From Candidatus Dadabacteria bacterium (GTDB lineage Bacteria > Desulfobacterota_D > UBA1144 > Nemesobacterales > CSP1-2), in contig CAWDVW010000007.1 in NCBI GenBank assembly GCA_963805855.1, positions 64,001 to 128,000 of the forward strand: a DNA stretch of 64,000 nt. The letters run 5' to 3'. The number at the start of each line of letters is the position of its first letter. Within the stretch, counting starts at the first letter, position 1. The position numbers and the translations under genes were made by a program. The notes under the pieces are model-generated. The model ran no database searches, was not told where the DNA came from, and saw nothing but the letters and a program-made list of their open reading frames with translations. Shown here piece by piece: positions 9,536 to 17,347 of this stretch.

Positions 9536-9580
9536 ATTCGATTGATTTAATCTGATGGTTAGAAATGAACCCCGGGTGAA

Positions 9581-9934
9581 TTATTCAGTGATTCGCTTGA
9601 TTGATTTTAACTCACTCAGGACTTCATGTAATAAAACGTTTACTTTTGTGCTTACTTTCTTTTGATTTTCCTCTTCTTTTAACTTTTTCTTAGCTCCTGC
9701 AATCGTAAAATTCTGCTCATAAAGCATGTGCTTTATTTTCATGATCAGGTGAATTGTCTCCCTGTCATAGAGCCTTTGGGATTTTCTTCTTATAGGTTTA
9801 ATGTCAGGAAACTCGCTTTCCCAGTAGCGAAGAACATAAGGCTTGATTCTGGTGAAATCACTAACTTCACCTATTCTGAAGTAGATTTTGTCGGGAAGTA
9901 CAATTTCAGCCCTGTCGTCTAACATACTTAACAA
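9581..9934 (-). CDS. MerR-family transcriptional regulator
   Basis: KIYFRIGEVS...PYVLRYWESEF...FTIAGAKK; familiar merR-tRNAPro-surE arrangement. Confidence 0.9.
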   Translation of the reverse strand: MLSMLDDRAEIVLPDKIYFRIGEVSDFTRIKPYVLRYWESEFPDIKPIRRKSQRLYDRETIHLIMKIKHMLYEQNFTIAGAKKKLKEEENQKKVSTKVNVLLHEVLSELKSIKRITE

Positions 9935-9988
9935 ATTAGTTTAAAGTTTCTAAAATGTCAAGATGATTTAAAAATATATATAAAATTT

Positions 9989-10591
9989 CTAAACTTGCAA
10001 AACTCCCTTAAAGGTTTTTCTATGGATCGGGGAGGGGCCGAATTTTCTTATTGCTTCGAGGTGTTCCTTCGTTGGATAACCTTTGTGTCGTTTGAAGTTA
10101 TATTGCGGATATAGTAAGTGGTAATCTCCCATGATTGCATCCCGGGTAACCTTAGCGAGGATTGAGGCAGCGGCAATTGAGCAGCATTTGGCGTCACCCT
10201 TTATGATTGTTTCCTGTCGAATCTGGATTCGAATGGGGTTGTTCCCGTCGATCAATATATAATCGGGCTGAGTATTCAACTTCTCAACTGCTTGCTTCAT
10301 TGCTAATAATGATGCTCGAAGTATATTAATTTGATCGATTATCTCCGGTTTTATGATGGCGATAGCGGTAGTTAGGGCAAATTTCTCGATTTCACAAAAG
10401 AGTTCCTCTCTTCTTTTGGGGGAAAGCTTCTTTGAATCTTTGATGCCATCCAGACTGCACCCTCGAGGAAAGATTACAGCCGCGGCTACTACCGGTCCCG
10501 CAAGCGGACCTCTTCCAGCTTCATCAACCCCGGCCGGGAGTTTACCACTCATCCATAGTCTTTTTTCAAAAGAATAGTCTGGAAGACTCAA
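9989..10591 (-). CDS. rnhB: Ribonuclease HII
   Basis: GVDEAGRGPLAGPVVAAAV, DSKKL, IDGN, KGD, SIAAASILAKVTRD, HKGYPT. Confidence 0.97.
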   Translation of the reverse strand: MSLPDYSFEKRLWMSGKLPAGVDEAGRGPLAGPVVAAAVIFPRGCSLDGIKDSKKLSPKRREELFCEIEKFALTTAIAIIKPEIIDQINILRASLLAMKQAVEKLNTQPDYILIDGNNPIRIQIRQETIIKGDAKCCSIAAASILAKVTRDAIMGDYHLLYPQYNFKRHKGYPTKEHLEAIRKFGPSPIHRKTFKGVLQV

Positions 10592-10723
10592 TGTTCTTAA
10601 ATAGTCTTTTAGGAGATATTTTTACTCACCCCATCCAATCCTTCCCCCTAAAATGGGGTAGGATCAAGGTGGGGGTTACATTATTTCTCTCAATCCTCAT
10701 ATTTTATCAGTCAAACTTATCTC

Positions 10724-11599
10724 TCAAATCAATCCATACTCTTTTATTGCGGCCCTAAGGCGCTTCAAATTCCCGGGTGACATCGGCGAGAGCGGTAGCC
10801 TAAATTCATTGTTGATTTTTCCCATTAGACCCAGTCCTGTCTTAACAGGGATCGGATTGGTTTCAAGGAACATAGCCTCGTTTAGCGGATGTAGCTTATA
10901 ATGATATTCCCTTGATTGATTGAACTTCTCATCGACGAATGTGTTGTAAAGCTCGGAAACATCCCTTGGGGCAATGTTTGCAGTAACGGTTATAAAACCT
11001 TTTGCGCCAATGGCTAGAAGTGGGAAATTAAGGGAATCTTCACCAGAGAGCACGATGAAATCCAATCCACAAAGGTAGAGGATCTTACTTGCCTGTTGGA
11101 TTGAACCCGAGGCCTCCTTCACTCCAACGATGTTTTTATGATTCCTTGCTAGCCTGGCAATGGTATCTGGGTTCATGTTCACCCCAGACCTTCCAGGTAT
11201 ATTGTAGAGGATTAGAGGGATATTTACCTCAGATGCTATTTTCTTAAAGTGTAGAAAAAGCCCCTCCTGAGTTGGTTTATTGTAATATGGAACAACTAAT
11301 AGGGCTGCGTCGGCTCCAACCTTCTCAGAAAATTTTGTAAGCCTGATCGCCTCTTCAGTACTGTTGGATCCGGTACCCGCTATGACGGGTATCCTCTTTT
11401 TTACCGTTTTGACTGTTAGTTCAATAACATGTTCGTGTTCTTCATGAGAAAGGGTAGGGGATTCACCGGTCGTACCGCATGGAACGATGCCGTGTGTCCC
11501 GTTTTCGATCTGGAATTCGATCAGTTCTCTCAGGGCCTTTTCGTCTACAGCTCCATCCTTAAAGGGGGTAACTATCGCAACGATCGAACCATGAATCAC
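10724..11599 (-). CDS. dapA: 4-hydroxy-tetrahydrodipicolinate synthase
   Basis: AIVTPF, GTTGESPTL, PYYNKP, LYNIPGR, GVKEA, ETNPIPVK. Confidence 0.97.
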   Translation of the reverse strand: MIHGSIVAIVTPFKDGAVDEKALRELIEFQIENGTHGIVPCGTTGESPTLSHEEHEHVIELTVKTVKKRIPVIAGTGSNSTEEAIRLTKFSEKVGADAALLVVPYYNKPTQEGLFLHFKKIASEVNIPLILYNIPGRSGVNMNPDTIARLARNHKNIVGVKEASGSIQQASKILYLCGLDFIVLSGEDSLNFPLLAIGAKGFITVTANIAPRDVSELYNTFVDEKFNQSREYHYKLHPLNEAMFLETNPIPVKTGLGLMGKINNEFRLPLSPMSPGNLKRLRAAIKEYGLI

Positions 11600-11787
11600 T
11601 TATAATGCCTCCAAATCCAATTGCTCTGTCTTCATTATATTAGAGATGAATTGGAAATCAAGAAATATATCATATGGGCTTGACGAGCAAGTTCCCGTTA
11701 GCTTACTACAAGGTTGCCATTACCGTTGCTTGGCCCCTTTTGGGTAGGTCACGAGTCCCTTCGGCCTTGCTCAGGACAGGTGTGCGG

Positions 11788-11936
11788 ATGGGGGTCAGGC
11801 TTTGTTTATTCGATTATTTCTTATCAAGTTCTTATATCTTGCGCCTCATTTGTTCTTGTAATCCCACGTCTTATTCAATCTCCTCTTAATTTAACTAACT
11901 CCGATATTAATCAAATAAACAAAGCCTGACCCCCAT
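11788..11936. mobile_element. 149-bp MITE derived from the Y1-transposase element at 15771-16796
   Basis: Perfect 23-bp inverted repeats atgggggtcaggctttgtttatt / aataaacaaagcctgacccccat; interior resembles the transposase 3' end (actaactccgat). Confidence 0.8.
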
Positions 11937-11939
11937 AAT

Positions 11940-12506
11940 TTACGTTTTCAGCGATGTTCCACATTCGGGACAAAAGTTGCTTTTCCTTGGGATCTTGCTC
12001 CCGCAATTAGGGCAATGCATGGTGTCCTTTTCCGTGGAGAGCTGAGATTTATCCTTATTTCTTTCCAGAGCCTCATTCACCTTCTTGCCAATGTCCTCAC
12101 AGTGTTTTGTGACTTCGCTGACAAATTCAATTCTATCCTCTTTTCCCGGGCTGACAATAGTAATACGGGGATCCAGTTTTTCCATTTCGTAAAGGGTTCT
12201 GCTGACTTCGTCAAGTGCTATATCTCGGAACAGCTTGAATGATGATGAATTTCTTAGTATGAGAATTCTCTGATCTGTGAGTATAAACCAGGAGTTAAAG
12301 TACGTGTTGCTGTCAATCCATTGTGGCGCCTTGTAAATTGCCCTGTAATTTCTTAAAGTGAGCAGTATCTCCTCGCCAGGTGATAGATAACTCGATAGAC
12401 TACCGTTCAATTCCGGGGGCAGTTCGGTGAAGTTTTTCGATTCCAGCTTATTTATTAACCCTTGAATAGATTCAATAAGCGGGGTTATAAATGGGATTTT
12501 AGACAT
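11940..12506 (-). CDS. Hypothetical protein, PH-like domain plus C-terminal zinc ribbon
   Basis: YLSPGEEIL...FILTDQRILIL (bacterial PH-like); CPNCG...FCPECG; overlaps the asd stop by 8 bp. Confidence 0.7.
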   Translation of the reverse strand: MSKIPFITPLIESIQGLINKLESKNFTELPPELNGSLSSYLSPGEEILLTLRNYRAIYKAPQWIDSNTYFNSWFILTDQRILILRNSSSFKLFRDIALDEVSRTLYEMEKLDPRITIVSPGKEDRIEFVSEVTKHCEDIGKKVNEALERNKDKSQLSTEKDTMHCPNCGSKIPRKSNFCPECGTSLKT

Positions 12507-13521
12507 ATTTGCTTATCAGGACTTCTGCTATTTGAACTGCATTTAGGGCTGCCCCTTTCCTTAACTGATCTCCGACTACCCATAGGCTGATTCCTGAGGG
12601 AACCGTGTAGTCTTCTCTTATCCGGCCGACCAGGCATTCATCCTTGCCCGCCGCTTCGATTGGCATCGGGTATCTGAGGTTCTGGGGTTCATCCACTACC
12701 CTGACACCCGGGAAATTTTTGAGGGCGTTTTTTGCTTCACCTACGGAGACTTTTCTCTCAGTCTCTATATTCAGTGCAACAGAATGGGCGCGAAAGACAG
12801 GTACCCTCACGGTCGTGGCAGTTAACTGCATTGAGTCGTCCTCCAGGATTTTCCTCGTTTCATTGTGGAGTTTCATCTCCTCTTTCGTATATCCGTTTTC
12901 TAAGAACGTGTCTATGTGTGGCAGGAGATTAAAGGCAATTTGATGGGGAAAGACCCTTGAATCAAATGACTTTCCTTCCATTATAGCCTTTGTTTGGATA
13001 CGTAATTCCTCCATGGCCTGCGCCCCGGCGCCGGATACGGCCTGATAAGAGGCAGCGACCACTCTTTTTATTTTAGCAATATCATGTATGGGTTTCAGAG
13101 CCATAATCGCGACTGCAGTAGTGCAATTTGGGTTGGCAATTATTCCTCTTTTAGTATAATCGGCGATTCTATTAGGATTTATCTCGGGGATTATAAGAGG
13201 AACATCCTCCTCCATACGGAAGGCTGAGCTATTGTCAATCACAACTGCTCCTGCTTGAACGGCAATCTGAGCAAACTCCCGGCTTCTTGACGCACCTGCG
13301 GAAAAAAGCGCAATGTCAATGTCCTTAAAGGAGGTTTTATCCAGTTTGGACACCTGAAATTTGCTGCCAGCGAATTCGATTTCCTTCCCATGGGATCTTT
13401 CGGATGCGAGTGCTTTAAGCTCCCCGATAGGGAAATTTCTTTCCTGGAGGATTGAGATCATTTCCTGCCCGACCGCCCCCGTAGCCCCGACGACTGCAAC
13501 GTTATAACTTTCTTTTTTCAT
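12499..13521 (-). CDS. asd: Aspartate-semialdehyde dehydrogenase
   Basis: VAVVGATGAVG, DNSSAFRM, IANPNCTT, YQAVSGAG, VRVPVFRAHS, DQLRKGAALNAVQIAE; start at MKKESYNVA. Confidence 0.97.
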   Translation of the reverse strand: MKKESYNVAVVGATGAVGQEMISILQERNFPIGELKALASERSHGKEIEFAGSKFQVSKLDKTSFKDIDIALFSAGASRSREFAQIAVQAGAVVIDNSSAFRMEEDVPLIIPEINPNRIADYTKRGIIANPNCTTAVAIMALKPIHDIAKIKRVVAASYQAVSGAGAQAMEELRIQTKAIMEGKSFDSRVFPHQIAFNLLPHIDTFLENGYTKEEMKLHNETRKILEDDSMQLTATTVRVPVFRAHSVALNIETERKVSVGEAKNALKNFPGVRVVDEPQNLRYPMPIEAAGKDECLVGRIREDYTVPSGISLWVVGDQLRKGAALNAVQIAEVLISKYV

Positions 13522-13619
13522 ACTCACTCCCAATAAATTGCAAAACCGCCTCAGTATTTTAATTAAAAATGTACAGGTAGCCAAGTTTGGAGGCGCTATA
13601 GGGGTCTGGCGATTCAAAA

Positions 13620-13945
13620 CAACCGCTCACACTGAGTTCATCGAAGTGTGGGACATCTTCTATTAAGAGTTACAACATAAACCCGTTAACACTGATCATG
13701 TCGACGTGTGAAAACATATCCTGTAGGAAGTTCTAAATAAACCCGATCATACTAAGCCCTGAGCCTGCCCTGGGTTCATCGATGGGCCCGTCCTGAGTAC
13801 TTCGGCCCTGCTCAGTAAAGGTTTATCGAAGGATCGTGCGCCGCTTCTAAGGATCTAATTTGTAGAGACGCAAAATTTTGCGTCTCTACCACACAGCCCG
13901 ACAGTTGTTGATCTCACTCCCGCGCCATGCGCTTGTCGAAGGGTC
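13620..13945. repeat. REP-like cluster including a perfect 28-bp palindrome GTAGAGACGCAAAATTTTGCGTCTCTAC (13862-13889)
   Basis: Three degenerate ~60-bp units (acc(c)g..cactgag..tcgaagtg), CCCTGAGC/TCGAAGG motifs, GTAG...CTAC palindrome. Confidence 0.75.
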
Positions 13946-14020
13946 AAACTAAAGGTTTTTGTTGATAACTCACCCTACCTATTTTATACTTTAGAACGTT
14001 TCATTTGTTTCCTATGTCTT

Positions 14021-15142
14021 TTGAGAGAGGATAGAGGAATAGAGATTGTAATAGAGTATTTTAGAAAGAAATCCAGCGTATTCATATTGGGCCTGGGATT
14101 TGTTTGTACTGTTACTGGGGATTATCGATTACTTAACAGGTCCCTGGCTTTCTTTCTCAATTTTCTATTTAATTCCCATCGCGATGGTCACCTGGTTCGT
14201 CAACAGACGGGCCGGGATTCTAATATCATTGATCGGCGCTATTGCCTGGCTTATAGCTGATTTGATTTCTGATGTGGACTACTCGAGTCTTGCCATTCCT
14301 TATTGGAATGCTGCCGTGAGATTAGGCTTCTTCCTCATTGTCGTTTTTTTTATATCCGCATTAAGAGAATGTGAAGGGACATTTAGAAAAAAAGGTAGTA
14401 GAGCGAACCGCTACACTTGAGGCAGAGATCACCGAGCGCAAACGAGTGGAGGGGGACCTAAAAGTTTCACGTGAACAGTTACGCGCACTTGCTGCCCGTC
14501 TAGAACACATGCGGGAAGAGGAAGGAAAACGAATTGCCCGCGAGGTTCACGATAACTTGGGGCAGGCTTTGACCGTGTTAAATATGAATCTTTTCGAGCT
14601 GGACAGCGAAATATCTGAATTGGGCAATGAAACTCGACGAGATCTGCTTCTGAATAAGATTCGATCGATGTCTAATCTTATTGACACGACCGTACATCAG
14701 GTACGTCAGATTGCGACAGAATTACGACCGAGAATGTTAGATGACCTGGGTCTTACAGCAGCCATGGAGTGGCAGGCTCGTGATTTTCAAGAACGAACGG
14801 GAATTCAGTGCAAGTTCGTCTCAGACGACATAAATTTGGACCAGGAGTGCTCTACGGGATTATTCCGCATCTTTCAGGAAATTATGACTAATGTAGCTCG
14901 TCATGCCAAAGCCACGAGAGTCAGCATAAGATTGAAGGAGGATACTGATAAGATTATACTGGAAGTGGAAGATAATGGCAGTGGAATTACGGAAGAGGAG
15001 ATTTCTAACCCCCGATCTCTTGGGCTACTCGGAATGAGAAGAGCGCGCCCTGCTTTTCGAAGGAAATATTAACATTAGCGGTGGTCAAGGAAGAGGGACG
15101 ACAGTCACAGTAAATGTTGCTGTTAAGAGGAAAGAACAATGA
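14021..15142 (+). pseudogene. NarX/UhpB-type membrane sensor histidine kinase (HisKA_3 + HATPase), split by three +1 frameshifts
   Basis: TM segment (DYLTGPWLSFSIFYLIPI), IAREVHDNLGQAL, FRIFQEIMTNVARHA, DNGSGI, SLGLLGMR; corrected tail ERALLFEGNINISGGQGRGTTVTV ends at TGA 15140-15142; shifts near 14100, 14370, 15040. Confidence 0.8.
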
Positions 15143-15768
15143 TCAAAATTCTTATCGCGGATGATCACCCGATTGTGCGGAGTGGCCTGAAACAAATGTT
15201 GATTAAGGAACCCGGTCTGGTGGTAGAGGGCGAGGCAGAGAGTGCTCGCGAGCTTATCGCGCTTGTTCGCAAACAGGCCTGGGATGTAGTGGTTTTAGAC
15301 ATAAACCTGCCCGACAGAGTCGGAATGGATGTCTTAATACAATTGAAGAAGGAATTTCCGAGGCTGCCTGTGCTTATCTTGAGTGTGCAGCCTGAGGAGC
15401 AATATGCGGTGCGAGCCCTCAAATCGGGTGCGGCTGGATGTTTGGACAAACATAGCGCGCCAGTGGAGTTGGTAAAAGCGATAAGAAAAGCCGTTTCGGG
15501 GGGAAAATACATCAGTTCTTCTCTGGCGGAGAGGTTAGCTCTTGATTTGGAAAGTGGTGAGAGGCCGCCACACGAAATTCTGTCGGGTAGAGAGTTTGCG
15601 GTGATGTGTATGATTGCGTCAGGTAAGAGGTTAAATGAGATTGCCGAGAAACTATTTATCAGTCCAAAGACAGTGACCACATTTAGGACGCGGATCTTGG
15701 AGAAAATGGGAATGAAGACGAATGCAGATTTAACTCATTACGTGATAAAAAATAAGCTGGTGGATTAA
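15139..15768 (+). CDS. NarL/FixJ-family DNA-binding response regulator
   Basis: ILIADDHPIVRSG, VVLDINLP, LuxR HTH LSGREFAV...IAEKLFISPKTV; ATGA overlap with the kinase stop. Confidence 0.93.
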   Translation: MIKILIADDHPIVRSGLKQMLIKEPGLVVEGEAESARELIALVRKQAWDVVVLDINLPDRVGMDVLIQLKKEFPRLPVLILSVQPEEQYAVRALKSGAAGCLDKHSAPVELVKAIRKAVSGGKYISSSLAERLALDLESGERPPHEILSGREFAVMCMIASGKRLNEIAEKLFISPKTVTTFRTRILEKMGMKTNADLTHYVIKNKLVD

Positions 15769-15770
15769 CC

Positions 15771-16796
15771 GGGGTCAGCCTTTGTTTATTTGCTTATTTG
15801 TTTCTGAAGCTCTTTTGTGATGCTACTGATTTGTTCTCGTAAACCCGGGTTTTTTTTCATCTCTTCCCTAATCCGACTAACTCCGATGCTCAGGGTTGAT
15901 GGATTTCTTCTCACGATTCTCCCATAGCGCTCAAAGTCCCGTCCGCATACTTCGATACCAAAAACCCTATAATACTTCTAACTCTCGACAATTTCCTTTG
16001 CCTACTGAATGAAGTCAACTCTTCTATAGTAACTCTCCATTTTTTGCATACTGAATTTATTATATCTTCCATCCTGTATCTCCTCTCCTCCTTCTTATTG
16101 GTCTTTCTAACACCTCTTCTATAAATTTATCGTTTCCCAGTAATCTTCCCTCTGCTGACCCATGGTGGAACTCCCTTCTGTACTCCTCGTTCAATCCCTC
16201 CAAGACAAATTTCTTATATCGTCTTTGTGCTGTGCTTTCTCCCTTTGAATATTGTGAAAGAACATATTCCACGGTTAGCCAACTTTTACGAGTTATCCCT
16301 AAATAACATTGGTGCCCACTCCATTTATAGTCCTGTGGGTTTCTTGCTACTCCGGCTCTTACGGGATTTAGATGAATGTATCTCACTAATTCATGTAGGT
16401 AATTTTCAGCATCTACCAGAATTGCTTTATATCTTCCTTGAAATAAATGGCCTTTTCTTGACAGCTTTTTATTTATGTAGCTCGCATGGCGAAAAGATAG
16501 GTTCTGTATTAATTTTGAAAGAGGTACCTCAGACACCTGAATCAGCATGTGAACATGATTGCTCATCCAGCAATAGGCATGGATTCTATGTTTAAATCGA
16601 TCTGTTCCATCCTGAACTAGGGTTTCCAAGTGCTCTCGATCTTGATCTGAAAAAAAGATATCTTGACCATCGTTGCCTCGGAGAATTACATGATAAAATC
16701 CACCCGGTATGTGAATTCTGGGTTTCCTGGCCATACAAGATAAAGTATAAGGCCAATTACGATAAACAAATAAGCAAATAAACAAAGCCTGACCCG
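15771..16796 (-). mobile_element. ~1.03-kb element: HUH/Y1 (RAYT-like) transposase bounded by 32-bp terminal inverted repeats
   Basis: 15772-15803 gggtcagcctttgtttatttgcttatttgttt vs reverse complement of 16764-16795 (31/32 identical). Confidence 0.82.
15786..16734 (-). pseudogene. Y1/HUH transposase (RAYT-like) with C-terminal DnaA-domain-IV-like HTH, two frameshifts
   Basis: MARKPR, YHVILRGN, YCWMSNHVHML (HUH), GHLFQGRY, RYIHLNPVRAG, YKWS; tail continues in other frames MEDIINSVCKKW...RVRSIIGFL...RRNPSTLSIGVSRI...KQISK* (stop 15786-15788). Confidence 0.82.
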
Positions 16797-16884
16797 CCTT
16801 TTTTGTGTAGGGGGACCCCTACAAAAAATTCAGGTTTTCCTGATTGTAATCGAAAGTCTTAACCCATACTATTTACAATAGCTA

Positions 16885-17281
16885 ATGGAATTTATGAGAA
16901 TATTTATTGCAGATGATTCATCAGTTGTGCGCGAGAGGTTAACAGCCATGCTTTCTAATCTTGAAGAGATTGAGACGATAGGCCAGGCACAAGACGTTGA
17001 CGAAGCGATCAGCTCCATCGAAGAGCTGAAACCTGATGCTGTGATATTGGATATTCAGATGCCCGGTGGGACTGGGATTGACGTAATGAAAGCGTATCAA
17101 AAAAGAGCAACCGGCTACTGTCGTTATCGTACTGACCAACTATCCCTTTTCTCAATACCGTGACGAATGCATCGCGGAGGGAGCGGATTACTTTTTTGAT
17201 AAGTCCCTTGAATTTGAAAAGGCTATAGAGGTATGCAAGGGATTGGTAAGAAATGGTACGTATGGTTTTAACCAGCAGTAA
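16885..17281 (+). pseudogene. Single-domain (receiver-only) response regulator with one +1 frameshift
   Basis: IFIADDS, VILDIQMPGGTG; after an extra A near 17090 it continues IKKEQPATVVIVLTNY...GADYFFDKS to TAA 17279-17281. Confidence 0.8.
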
Positions 17282-17347
17282 TAGTTTTGTTTATTAAGAT
17301 TTAGGTGGACTTAAAATATAGAATACATAATTAAGGAGAATAGGAAA

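Noticed and set aside
13620-13760. Three units at ~60-bp period resembling a mini CRISPR array
   Set aside because: Repeats are degenerate, the 'spacers' share sequence, the same motif is dispersed as REP-like units, and there are no cas genes in the window
14463-14478. parS-like site agtttcacgtgaacag
   Set aside because: Only 12/16 match to TGTTTCACGTGAAACA, single copy, inside an accessory kinase coding region
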